Assembly: GCF_001571385.1 (NCBI RefSeq)
Contig: NZ_BCNW01000001.1
Coordinates: 2,177,470-2,209,469 of the forward strand
Direction of reading: 5' to 3'
Length of the DNA: 32,000 nucleotides
Source of the DNA: Methanofollis ethanolicus
GTDB lineage: Archaea; Halobacteriota; Methanomicrobia; Methanomicrobiales; Methanofollaceae
In this document: piece by piece, positions 9,730 to 18,703 of the stretch
Numbering within the stretch: position 1 is the first letter of the stretch
Layout: the number at the start of each line of letters is the position of its first letter
Made by a program: the position numbers and the translations under genes
Notes under the pieces: generated by a model
What the model saw: the letters and a program-made list of their open reading frames with translations, nothing else
Told to the model about the DNA's origin: nothing
Databases searched by the model: none

Positions 9730-10755
9730 ATGAGAATGGCAAAAGGGGACGTCGCCATATTTATCGCGCTCCTTCTCACCGCAGGGCTCTTCTGGGCGGC
9801 CGACAGGCTCTACCCCGACCTGCTCCTGGAAAGGATCACGCTCACCGTCTTCGCCGTCGCCGTTATCTATTTCCTCCTCAGGCCCGGCGCCGAGAGGGTG
9901 CTGACCAGGGCGGTCGGGTCTGAGATGGCACGCTACTCGGTGAGGAAGGCGGTGTCCATCATTTCCCTCGTCCTGATCCTCGCGGTGGTGATCAGGATCT
10001 GGGTCGAAGACCCCCGGACCCTCCTTCTCTCGTACGGGATCATCGCCGCCGGCCTTGCCATCGCCCTCCAGGACGTCTTCAAGGACTTTGTCGGGAGCCT
10101 GGTCATCCTTGTCGCCCGGCCCTTCGGCATCGGCGACAGGGTCGAGATAGAGGGGCATGCCGGGGACGTGATCGATATCGGCCTCCTGAACACCGTGCTG
10201 ATGGAGATCGGCGGGTGGGTCTCGGGCGACCAGCCGAACGGCCGCATCACCTCTGTCCCGAACAGCGCCATCATCTCCGGGGCGGTGAGCAACTATACCC
10301 GTGACTTCACCTTCCTCTGGGACGAGGTCACGGTGCCGGTCGCCTACGGGGGCGACTGGAAGGAGGCGGCAGAGACATTTCTCGCCATCGCACGGGAGGA
10401 GACGGAAGAGGCGGTCCGTGCGGCCGGGCAGGAGATCGACCGGATCAGGCAGGAGTATTACCTCACCAGGAGGAGCGTCGAGCCGATGGCCTTCGTCGCT
10501 CTCACCGACAACTGGGTCGGGGTGACGGTCAGGTACATCGCCCCGGTGATGGAGAGGCGGGCCGTGAAGGACAGGATCAGCCGTGCGGTCCTTGCGGCGG
10601 CAGAGGCGTCGGAGAGTTTCAGGGTCGCAAGCGCCACCCTGGAGATCGGCGGGGCCCTCGCGGTCGGGTCACAACCTATATCTACCCGGATGCCGACCGG
10701 CAGGCCGGGGGAGAGAGAGGATGGACCTGGGAACCGCCGTCCCGCAGGGGAATGA
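9730..10755 (+). CDS. MscS-family mechanosensitive ion channel
   Basis: Transmembrane N-terminus then AIALQDVFKDFVGSLVILVARPFGIGDRVEIEGHAGDVIDIGLLNTVL and TSVPNSAIISGAVSNYTRD, the MscS pore/beta-domain signature. Confidence 0.93.
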   Translation: MRMAKGDVAIFIALLLTAGLFWAADRLYPDLLLERITLTVFAVAVIYFLLRPGAERVLTRAVGSEMARYSVRKAVSIISLVLILAVVIRIWVEDPRTLLLSYGIIAAGLAIALQDVFKDFVGSLVILVARPFGIGDRVEIEGHAGDVIDIGLLNTVLMEIGGWVSGDQPNGRITSVPNSAIISGAVSNYTRDFTFLWDEVTVPVAYGGDWKEAAETFLAIAREETEEAVRAAGQEIDRIRQEYYLTRRSVEPMAFVALTDNWVGVTVRYIAPVMERRAVKDRISRAVLAAAEASESFRVASATLEIGGALAVGSQPISTRMPTGRPGEREDGPGNRRPAGE

Positions 10756-12742
10756 AAGGCTGGAGAGAGAGATGGACGGGCTGGAGGGGGAGGCCGCCTA
10801 TGCGGAGACGGCCTATGCCCTGCCGGTGAGTTATGCCCTGACGGGTCTCCGGGTGGCGACGGCCGACGGGGCGCGGAAGGCGTACCTGGCGTCGGGGAAA
10901 AACCCGCTCGTTGCCGCGGAGTGCGTCCGGGCGTTTGTCGGCGGCGGTGTTGAGGAGGCGCCGTACACCGGATTCCTCGGCGACACCGAACTGCGGCGTC
11001 TCGGCTATTCCCTGGTGGACGGGAGCATCCTCGGCCTCGCCCTCCTTGTCGGGACGCCGGAAAACGCCGACGCCGCCGCGGCGGTCTGCCGGGAACTGCA
11101 GGAGACGTACATGCTCACCTTTCTTGCCGGCGGGGTGACGGAGGTGCTCACGGCGGCGGGCGTGAAGGTGGGGCCGGGCTACCGCCTCATCCCCCTCGGG
11201 CCGGGCGGGATGGCGGCCGTCCACGTCGCCGACGTCCTCGCACGGGTGGCGATGATGTTCGGCGGGGTGCAGGCCGGCGACGCCGGACGTCTCCTCGCCT
11301 ATGCACGGGAGAGGGCGAAGGCCTTCGTCGTCGCCTTCCCCGGCCTTTCGGAGGAGGAGGTGGCGGTCCTCGACGCCCTCAGGCCGCTCGGCGTCCCTGT
11401 CCTCTCTGTCGGCGGCTACGAAGGGGGCGAGTGGGTGCCGGTCGGGGCCGACGAGGCGGTCGGCCGCGGCAGAGACCTGCGGGAGATCAGGGTGAAGGTG
11501 ACGGCGATCCCGATCCCGATGGCCTGCTCCCCGGCCTTCGAGGGGAAGAGCATCAGGAAAGAGGAGATGCACGTCGAGTTCGGCGGCGGGCGGACCCCGG
11601 CCTTCGAACTCCTCCGGATGCGGCCGGCCGCGGAAGTGGAGGACGGGAAGGTGACGGTGACCGGGCCGGAGGCCGACGCCGTCGCCGAGGGGTCGGCCCT
11701 CCCCCTCGCCATCATCGTGGACGTCGCCGGGAAGAGGATGAAGAAGGAGTACGAACCGGTGCTGGAGAGGCGGGTCCACACCTTCCTCAACTACGGCGAG
11801 GGGTCCTGGCACGTCGCCCAGCGCGACCTCATCTGGGTCCGCCTCTCGAAGGAGGCGGTGGCGAAGGGTGTGCGGGTGCGCCACCTCGGCACCCTCCTTG
11901 CCGGTCGGTTCAGGGCCGACTTCCCCGACCTCATCGACGCCGTGGCGGTGACCCTGATCACCGACGGGGACGCCGTCCGCGCCGCCCGCACCGGGGCCGA
12001 GGAGGTCTACCGGCAGAGGGACGAGCGGATCGCGGGGATGAAGGACGAGGACGCCGCCCTCTTCTACTCCTGCACCCTCTGCCAGACCTTCGCCCCGAAC
12101 CATGTCTGCGTCATCACGCCCGAGCGCCCGGCCCTCTGCGGGGCGATCACCTGGCTGGACGCCCAGATCGCCCACGAGATCGCACCGGCGGGCGCGAACC
12201 AGCCCGTGGAGAAGGGGGAGGTCGTCGACGACCTCACGGGCGAGTTCGCCGGGGTGAACAGGTTCGTGAAGAAGGCCTCGCACGGGACGGTGGAGAGGGT
12301 CTGCCTGTACGGGATGATGGAGTACCCGATGACGGCCTGCGGGTGTTTCGAGGCGGTGGCGGCGGTGCTCCCGGAGACGAACGGGGTGGTGATCGTCACC
12401 AGGGAGTACAGGGGCGAGACGCCCCTCGGCATGACCTTCTCCACCCTGGCCGGGACGATCGGCGGCGGGGCACAGACGCCGGGTTTCCTCGGGATCTCCA
12501 GGAACTATATCCTCTCGGACCGCTTCCTCAGGGCCGAGGGGGGTATCGCACGGGTGGTCTGGATGCCCTCCCAACTGAAGGAGGAACTGGGGGAGAGACT
12601 GCGGGGGGTGCTCGCCGCACGCGGCATGCCCGACCTCTTCGAGAGGATCGCGGACGAGAGGACGGCGACGACCCTGGAGGACCTCGTCGCCTTCCTGGAG
12701 ACACACGGCCACCCGGCACTGGAGATGGACCCGATCATCTGA
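10721..12742 (+). CDS. acsB: Acetyl-CoA synthase, bacterial-type (AcsB; two-part architecture rather than the short archaeal CdhC)
   Basis: A-cluster ligands YSCTLCQTFAPNHVCVITPERPALCGAITWLD and MTACGCFEA; PLGMTFSTLAGTIGGGAQTPGFLGI; N-terminal domain AETAYALPVSYALTG...PYTGFLGDTELRRLGY...MMFGGVQ. Start 10721 or 10772 uncertain. Confidence 0.94.
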   Translation: MDLGTAVPQGNERLEREMDGLEGEAAYAETAYALPVSYALTGLRVATADGARKAYLASGKNPLVAAECVRAFVGGGVEEAPYTGFLGDTELRRLGYSLVDGSILGLALLVGTPENADAAAAVCRELQETYMLTFLAGGVTEVLTAAGVKVGPGYRLIPLGPGGMAAVHVADVLARVAMMFGGVQAGDAGRLLAYARERAKAFVVAFPGLSEEEVAVLDALRPLGVPVLSVGGYEGGEWVPVGADEAVGRGRDLREIRVKVTAIPIPMACSPAFEGKSIRKEEMHVEFGGGRTPAFELLRMRPAAEVEDGKVTVTGPEADAVAEGSALPLAIIVDVAGKRMKKEYEPVLERRVHTFLNYGEGSWHVAQRDLIWVRLSKEAVAKGVRVRHLGTLLAGRFRADFPDLIDAVAVTLITDGDAVRAARTGAEEVYRQRDERIAGMKDEDAALFYSCTLCQTFAPNHVCVITPERPALCGAITWLDAQIAHEIAPAGANQPVEKGEVVDDLTGEFAGVNRFVKKASHGTVERVCLYGMMEYPMTACGCFEAVAAVLPETNGVVIVTREYRGETPLGMTFSTLAGTIGGGAQTPGFLGISRNYILSDRFLRAEGGIARVVWMPSQLKEELGERLRGVLAARGMPDLFERIADERTATTLEDLVAFLETHGHPALEMDPII

Positions 12743-12754
12743 GGGGAGGGACGA

Positions 12755-13672
12755 ATGACAGAGAGGATCACCGAGGTGGCAATCGGCGCCACCAGGGCTG
12801 AAGGAGGGACGAGGACGAGGTCGTACAGGGTCGGTGGGGCGTCGGCCCTCCCCGACATGGGCGACGCGGGGGCGAGGCCTCTTGTCGCCCTGGAGATCTG
12901 CGACGACCCGGCCCTCTGGCCGGCGGTCGTGCTGGACGAGGTCGGTGACCTCGCTGGCGACCTCGCCGGGTGGGCGAAGGCCGCGGAGGAGAGGTGGGGT
13001 GCCGACCTGGTCCGCCTCGTGCTGACGAGCACGCGGCGGCGGGGTTTCGACGACCCCGCGTCGGCAGGGAGAGCGGTCGAGGAGGTGCTCGCCGCCACAG
13101 GACTCCCCCTCATCGTCGAAGGGAGCATCGATCCCGCCCTGGACACCGGGGTCTTCAGGCGGTGCGGGGAGGCGGGCGAGGGGGAGAGACTCCTTCTCGG
13201 CACGGCCGAGGCCGAGAGGTACCGCTCGGTCGCGGCCGCCGCCCTTGCCTACGGCCACGCCGTCGTCGCCCAGACCCCGATCGACATCAATCTCGCAAAA
13301 CAGCTGAACATCCTCCTGCGGGAGACGGGGGTGCCGCACGACCGGATCGTCATCGACCCGTACACTGGCGCCCTGGGCTACGGCTTCGAGTACTCCTACT
13401 CGGTGATGGAGCGGGTCCGCACCGCCGCCCTCGCGGGCGACGCCGACCTTGCGATGCCGATGATCAGCGCCGCACAGGACTCCCTCACGGTGAAGGAGGT
13501 GCGGGAGGCCCCTGAGGAGGAGAGGGCGGAGACCGCCGTGCAGTGGGAGTTCTATGCCGCCTTCGCCGCGGCGGTGGCAGGCGCCGGGATCGTCTGCGTC
13601 CGCCACCCCCGCACCGTCGGGGTGCTCAGAGAGGCGATCGCCGACCTGTGGGGGGGAGAGGGATGGCGATGA
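12755..13672 (+). CDS. acsD: Corrinoid iron-sulfur protein small subunit
   Basis: VALEICDD, PLIVEGSIDPALDTGV, TPIDINLAKQLNILLRETGVPHDRIVIDPYTGALGYGFEYSYSVMERVRTAALAGD; gene context. Confidence 0.92.
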   Translation: MTERITEVAIGATRAEGGTRTRSYRVGGASALPDMGDAGARPLVALEICDDPALWPAVVLDEVGDLAGDLAGWAKAAEERWGADLVRLVLTSTRRRGFDDPASAGRAVEEVLAATGLPLIVEGSIDPALDTGVFRRCGEAGEGERLLLGTAEAERYRSVAAAALAYGHAVVAQTPIDINLAKQLNILLRETGVPHDRIVIDPYTGALGYGFEYSYSVMERVRTAALAGDADLAMPMISAAQDSLTVKEVREAPEEERAETAVQWEFYAAFAAAVAGAGIVCVRHPRTVGVLREAIADLWGGEGWR

Positions 13673-14988
13673 AGGCGCTCGAGGTCTACAAACTCCTGCC
13701 GAAGACCAACTGCAAGGAGTGCGGGTTCCCGACCTGCCTCGCCTTCGCGATGAAACTCGCCGCCGGGGGCGTCGAACCCGAACGCTGCCCGTACCTCGAC
13801 GAGGAGACGAAGGCCCTCCTCGGCGGGGCGACCAGGCCGCCGGTGCGAGCGGCGACGGTCGGCGTCGGCGCCCGCTCCTTCACCGTCGGAGAGGAGATCG
13901 TGATGTACAGGCACGAGAAGACCTTCTACCACCGTCCCGGCATCATGGTCTGCGCCGGCGACACCTCGCCGCTGGAAGGGATCAGGGCGACCGCCGGGGA
14001 GGTCCGCGACCTCGTCGTCCACCGGGTCGGGCAGGACCTGACCCTCGACGGCATCGCGATACGGTGCGAGAGCGGGGACCCGGACCGCTTTGCCGCGGCC
14101 TCCATGGCCGTCGGGGAGTGCGGCGACCTCCCCCGTCTCCTCATCGCGGCAGACCCCGACGCCCACGCGGCGGCCCTCCGGGTCTGCGGCCAGTTCCTGC
14201 CCCTCATCCACGCCGCGACCGCGGAGAACCACGCGGAGATGGCGGCCCTCGCGAAGCGCTACGGGTGCCCCCTCGTCGTGCGGGCGGAAACCCCGGAGGA
14301 ACTCGCCGACCTCGCCGCGGCATGCACCGCCGCCGGCGCCAGGTCCATCCTCCTGGACCCCGCCCCGCGGACGATGGGGGACTTCGTGGCGCGGGCATCG
14401 CACCTGCGGGAGCACGCGGTGACGAGGGCGTCGCCCGACCTCGGGTATCCCCTCTATCTCGACACCGTGACCCTCGGCACCGACGCAGCGCTCGCCGCCG
14501 GCATCCTCAGGTACGCCGGGGTCATCGCCGTCCCGCCCCTGCCGCGGCCCTCCCTCCTCGCCGCCCTCACCCTCCGCCAGAACATCTACACCGACCCGCA
14601 GAAGCCCATCCAGGTGACGCCCGGCATCTACCCGGTGAACAATCCGGGCAGGGACGCACCCGTCCTCCTCTCGGTGAACTTCTCCCTCACCTACTTCACC
14701 CTCCTCGGCTACCTGGAGGCCGGGAAGGTCCCCTGCTATCTCTTTGTCGTGGACACCGCGGGACTCTCCGTCTTGACGGCGGTCGCCGGCGGGAAACTCG
14801 ACGAAGACGTGGTGAAAAAGTCGATCGAGGCCATGGGCCTCGCCGGGACCGTGGACCACCGCACCATCGTCATCCCCGGCTACGCGGCACCCCTCTCCGG
14901 GAGGATAGAGGAGGCGACAGGGTGGAAGGTGCGTGTCGGGCCGCGCGACGCCGCGGAGATCGCAGAGTTCCTGGAGAAGGAGGGGTAG
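13669..14988 (+). CDS. acsC: Corrinoid iron-sulfur protein large subunit
   Basis: MKALEVYKLLPKTNCKECGFPTCLAFAMKLAAGGVEPERCPYL 4Fe-4S domain; ILRYAGVIAVPPLPRPSLLAALTLRQNIYTDPQKPIQVTPGIY; ATGA overlap with acsD. Confidence 0.94.
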   Translation: MKALEVYKLLPKTNCKECGFPTCLAFAMKLAAGGVEPERCPYLDEETKALLGGATRPPVRAATVGVGARSFTVGEEIVMYRHEKTFYHRPGIMVCAGDTSPLEGIRATAGEVRDLVVHRVGQDLTLDGIAIRCESGDPDRFAAASMAVGECGDLPRLLIAADPDAHAAALRVCGQFLPLIHAATAENHAEMAALAKRYGCPLVVRAETPEELADLAAACTAAGARSILLDPAPRTMGDFVARASHLREHAVTRASPDLGYPLYLDTVTLGTDAALAAGILRYAGVIAVPPLPRPSLLAALTLRQNIYTDPQKPIQVTPGIYPVNNPGRDAPVLLSVNFSLTYFTLLGYLEAGKVPCYLFVVDTAGLSVLTAVAGGKLDEDVVKKSIEAMGLAGTVDHRTIVIPGYAAPLSGRIEEATGWKVRVGPRDAAEIAEFLEKEG

Positions 14989-16905
14989 ATGCCGGTCGTT
15001 ACCTTCCTGCCGGGTTATCGGAAGGCCCGGGTCCCGCAGGGCGCCACTGTCCTGGAGGCGGCGCAGAAGGCCGGCCTCGTGATGAACGTCGTCTGCGGCG
15101 GGCAGGGGAAGTGCGGCAAGTGCATCGTCCGCGTCGAGAGCGGGGAGACGACCTTCGACCGGGAGAAGTTCGGCGTCCTTTTTGCGGCCGCGGAACTGGA
15201 TGCGGGCGCCTGTCTCGCCTGCCAGACCCGCGTCTTCAGCGACGCCCGCATCGAGGTCCCGGCGCGGACATTGGTGCAGGAGCAGAAGATCCTGGTCGAC
15301 GCCCGACCCCTCGACGTCCCCCTCCACCCGTCGGTGCGGAAGTACGCCCTCGCTCTCTCGCCGCCGACTCTCGACGACCCCTCCTCAGACCTCGCACGTT
15401 TGCTCGACGGGGTGGAGAACACCGGAGGACCTGCGGCGGCGAAGGTCTACGCGCCCCTGGACGTGCTCAGGAAGATCCCTATCGTCCTCCGCCACGGCAG
15501 GTGGCGGTGCACGGCGACGGTCGCCCTGGTGCCCGGCGGGTACCGCCTGATCAACGTAGAGGAGGGGGACACGGCGGCGCGGCTGTACGGGGCGGCGGTG
15601 GACCTCGGGACGACGACGGTCGTCGCCTACCTCTGGGACCTCGCCGGGGGCCGCGTCCTCTCGACGGCCTCGAACTACAACAGGCAGATCTCCTGCGGCG
15701 AGGACATCCTCTCCCGCGTGAACTATGCGAAGAAGAACGGCACCGGCCACCTCCAGGAGCTCGCCGCGGTGAGCATCAACACCGCCCTCACCGCGGCGGC
15801 CGACGCCGCAGGGATCGACCTGGAGGACATCTACGAGGTGATGGTCGCCGGGAACACGGTGATGACCCACCTCCTCCTCGGCATCGACCCGGCCTACATG
15901 ATCGCCGAACCGTACGTCCCTGTCGTCAGGCGGACGTTCTCGACGACGGGGCAGCGCCTCGGCCTCTCCGTCGCCCCGACGGCCGGGGTCTTCACCTTCC
16001 CCGCGGTCTCGAACTTCATCGGCGGCGACATCGTCGCCGACATCCTCACCTCGGGGATGGCCGATGAGGACGAGGTCTCCCTCCTCATCGACATCGGCAC
16101 CAACTTCGAGGCGGTCCTCGGCGGGCGGGACTGGATGCTCGCCTGCGCCGGGGCGGCCGGACCGGCCCTGGAGGGCGGGGAGGTGCTCTTCGGGATGCGG
16201 GCGAACCCGGGGGCGATCGAGAGGGTGCGGATCGACGAGGCGACCCTCGAACCCGCCTTCGAGACGATCAACGAAGTCCCGCCCGTCGGTATCTGCGGGT
16301 CGGGTCTGATCGACCTCCTCGCGGGCCTGATCCGCGCCTGCGTCATCGACAGGACAGGGCAGATCAACACCGCCATCGACCACCCGCGGATACGCATGGG
16401 CCGCCATTTCCCCGAGTACGTCGTCGCATGGGAGAAAGAGAGCGGGGCGGGGAAAGATATCGTGATCACCGGGCACGACATCAGGAACCTGATCCTGAGC
16501 AAGGCGGCGGTGCTGGCGGCCTGCATCACCCTGATGGACGCGGCAGGCATCGCCCACGACGACCTCGCCACCGTCTTCTTCTCCGGGGCCTTCGGGAACT
16601 ATATCGACAAGGAGAACGCCGTCACCATCGGCCTCATCCCGGAGGTGCCCCTGGAGAGGGTGCGGAACCTGGGGAACGGGGCGGTCACCGGGGCGAACCA
16701 GGCCCTCGTCAGTCGGGAGAGGAGGAATGCCCTCGACCGGATCGCACGGACGATCACCTATATCGAACTGAACGCTGACCCGGGGTTCATGGACAGGTAC
16801 ACGCAGAGTTGTTTCCTCCCGCACACCGACCTCTCCCTCTTCCCGACGGTGCAGAAAGTCCTCGACGAGTGCAGACTGCGGAGAGGGGCGCAATGGCAGG
16901 GGTGA
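14989..16905 (+). CDS. acsV: Reductive activator of corrinoid Fe-S protein (RACo/AcsV-like; 2Fe-2S ferredoxin + ASKHA ATPase)
   Basis: VVCGGQGKCGKCIVRVES...CLAC 2Fe-2S motif; YGAAVDLGTTTVVAYLWDL; MVAGNTVMTHLLLG; LLIDIGTNFEAVLG; FFSGAFGNYIDKENAVTIGLIPEVP. Confidence 0.92.
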   Translation: MPVVTFLPGYRKARVPQGATVLEAAQKAGLVMNVVCGGQGKCGKCIVRVESGETTFDREKFGVLFAAAELDAGACLACQTRVFSDARIEVPARTLVQEQKILVDARPLDVPLHPSVRKYALALSPPTLDDPSSDLARLLDGVENTGGPAAAKVYAPLDVLRKIPIVLRHGRWRCTATVALVPGGYRLINVEEGDTAARLYGAAVDLGTTTVVAYLWDLAGGRVLSTASNYNRQISCGEDILSRVNYAKKNGTGHLQELAAVSINTALTAAADAAGIDLEDIYEVMVAGNTVMTHLLLGIDPAYMIAEPYVPVVRRTFSTTGQRLGLSVAPTAGVFTFPAVSNFIGGDIVADILTSGMADEDEVSLLIDIGTNFEAVLGGRDWMLACAGAAGPALEGGEVLFGMRANPGAIERVRIDEATLEPAFETINEVPPVGICGSGLIDLLAGLIRACVIDRTGQINTAIDHPRIRMGRHFPEYVVAWEKESGAGKDIVITGHDIRNLILSKAAVLAACITLMDAAGIAHDDLATVFFSGAFGNYIDKENAVTIGLIPEVPLERVRNLGNGAVTGANQALVSRERRNALDRIARTITYIELNADPGFMDRYTQSCFLPHTDLSLFPTVQKVLDECRLRRGAQWQG

Positions 16906-17915
16906 TCCCCGCGGCGGGCCTGCGGGCGACCGGGGTCGGCGCCCTGCCGCACCGCGACCCGGACGCCGCATGCCGGGCGGTCCTCGCCGCATTCCCCGAG
17001 GTGCCGTACGCCCCGACCCTCCCGAACAGGAACCCCCTGGAAGCGATCGTCCTCGCGGAGGCCGGGTGTCTGCCCGGCGCGGAGGTCCGCGACGGGAAAG
17101 TGGTCGTCGACACGGGTGCCGACGAAGCGATGGAAAGGGTCTTCATGGACTACCTGGAGGGGCGGTATGCCGGGTACGCCGCGTCGGCGGCCACGGCCTC
17201 GGGTTTCCACCGCCTGATGACATACGACCTCTCCGGCGCCGTCCTCCTGAAGTGCCAGGTCACCGGCCCGGCGACTCTCGGGATGCAGGCGGTGGACAGA
17301 GGTCGGCGGCCCGTCCACTATGACGGGGCGTACGCCGACGTTCTCGGGAAGGCGCTCGCCCTGCGGGCGCGGTGGTCCGAGGCACGGATGCGGGAGCACG
17401 GGGTGCCGACCGTCGTGGTGCTGAACGAGCCCTACCTCACCGCCCTGGGGTCGCCTGTCGTCCCCCTGGACGAGGAGACGGTCAGTTCCTCCTTCGCCGA
17501 CATCGCCGCCCTCCTCGACGGGGGCATCGGTATCCACTGCTGCGCGAACACGGACTGGGGCTTCGTCTTCTCCCTCTCCCCGTCCCTCGTCTCCTTCGAC
17601 GCCCACGCCCATGCCCGCGAGTTCCTCCTGTACGGGGACGACCTTGCGGCGTACCTCGAAGGGGGCGGGGTCGTGGCATGGGGGATGATACCGGCCGACA
17701 GGCCTGCCCCTGACGCTGCGGAACTCGGCCGCATCCACGAGCGCTTCGCCGCGATCAGGCGGGCGGTGGAGGATCTGGTCGGCGACGAGACCTTTGTCGA
17801 CCGCTCCCTGGTCACGCCGACCTGCGGGATCAGGGCAACGGACGAGGCCGGGGCAGGGGCGGTCATGGCGGCGGCGGCGGCGGTCGCGAGACGGGCGCGG
17901 GGTGAGAGAACATGA
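16893..17915 (+). CDS. MetE/UROD-superfamily protein; putative core (folate-independent) methionine synthase or corrinoid methyltransferase
   Basis: Compact TIM-barrel-like protein with IHCCANTDW (His-x-Cys) and C-terminal VTPTCGI resembling MetE VNPDCGL; VTGPATLG; VLNEPYLT. Longer ORF begins at 16809; ATG 16893 overlaps acsV stop. Confidence 0.75.
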   Translation: MAGVIPAAGLRATGVGALPHRDPDAACRAVLAAFPEVPYAPTLPNRNPLEAIVLAEAGCLPGAEVRDGKVVVDTGADEAMERVFMDYLEGRYAGYAASAATASGFHRLMTYDLSGAVLLKCQVTGPATLGMQAVDRGRRPVHYDGAYADVLGKALALRARWSEARMREHGVPTVVVLNEPYLTALGSPVVPLDEETVSSSFADIAALLDGGIGIHCCANTDWGFVFSLSPSLVSFDAHAHAREFLLYGDDLAAYLEGGGVVAWGMIPADRPAPDAAELGRIHERFAAIRRAVEDLVGDETFVDRSLVTPTCGIRATDEAGAGAVMAAAAAVARRARGERT

Positions 17916-18670
17916 AGCCCTGCACCGTGGCGGTCGCCGGGAAAGGGGGGACAGGGAAGACGACGATCGCCGCCCTCCTGGTGGACGCCCTCGTCGCCGC
18001 CGGCGTGCGCCCTGTCCTCGCGGTGGACGCGGACCCGAACGCCAACCTCCACGAGGCGATGGGGGTCGCCGTCGACGAAACTCTCGGCACGATGCGGGAG
18101 GAGGCGTTCACCCGCGGCATCCCGCCGGGGATGGACAGGCGGGCCTACATCGGTTACCGCTTCAGGAAGGTGCTCGTCGAGGCCGGGGGCTTCGACCTCC
18201 TGGCGATGGGGAGGCCTGAAGGGACGGGGTGCTACTGTTTCGCAAACGACCTCCTCCGCGAGTGCGTCGACTCGCTGGTGCAGGACTACAGGTGCGTGGT
18301 CGTCGATGCCGAGGCCGGGATGGAGCACGTCTCCCGCGGCACCGTCGGGGCGCCCGACGTCCTCCTCGTCGTCTCCGATCCCTCGGCCCGCGGCCTGCGG
18401 ACTGCCCTGCGGATCCGGGACCTCGCCGTCTCCCTCGGCCTTGACGAGGGGCGGATCTTCCTTGTCGTCAACCGCTCGAAAGGGGAGGCGGTGGCGGACG
18501 TACCTCTCCCCCTCGCCGCCGTGGTCCCGTACGACCCGGCAGTCGAGGAGGCCGACGTCGCGGGCCGCCCGGTCATCTCCGTCCCGCCGGGGAGTCCGGC
18601 GAGGGCGGCGGTGGAGGGGCTTCGCCGGTGGGTGATATCCTATACTGCTGTCCGGCCTCCCTCCAGATAG
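17912..18670 (+). CDS. cooC: CooC/AcsF-type nickel-insertion ATPase (MinD family)
   Basis: VAVAGKGGTGKTTIAALLVDAL deviant Walker A; LAVDADPNANL; GCYCFANDLLR with CxC metal motif; VVVDAEAGMEHVSRGT; VNRSKGE. Confidence 0.93.
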   Translation: MKPCTVAVAGKGGTGKTTIAALLVDALVAAGVRPVLAVDADPNANLHEAMGVAVDETLGTMREEAFTRGIPPGMDRRAYIGYRFRKVLVEAGGFDLLAMGRPEGTGCYCFANDLLRECVDSLVQDYRCVVVDAEAGMEHVSRGTVGAPDVLLVVSDPSARGLRTALRIRDLAVSLGLDEGRIFLVVNRSKGEAVADVPLPLAAVVPYDPAVEEADVAGRPVISVPPGSPARAAVEGLRRWVISYTAVRPPSR

Positions 18671-18703
18671 GGAAGAGATGAGAGAGATTTCAAAATAACG
18701 GAT

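Noticed and set aside
8398-9733. 423-aa and 384-aa plus-strand ORFs opposite the helicase
   Set aside because: Antisense to a strongly supported helicase; no recognizable domains.
10682-13606. 974-aa minus-strand ORF opposite acsB/acsD
   Set aside because: High-GC antisense frame with biased low-complexity composition; plus-strand frames match acsB and acsD motifs throughout.
13552-17738. Large alternative ORFs overlapping acsC and acsV (591-aa minus, 837-aa plus, 535-aa minus)
   Set aside because: Arg/Gly/Pro-rich out-of-frame translations; the CFeSP and RACo frames carry clear motifs.
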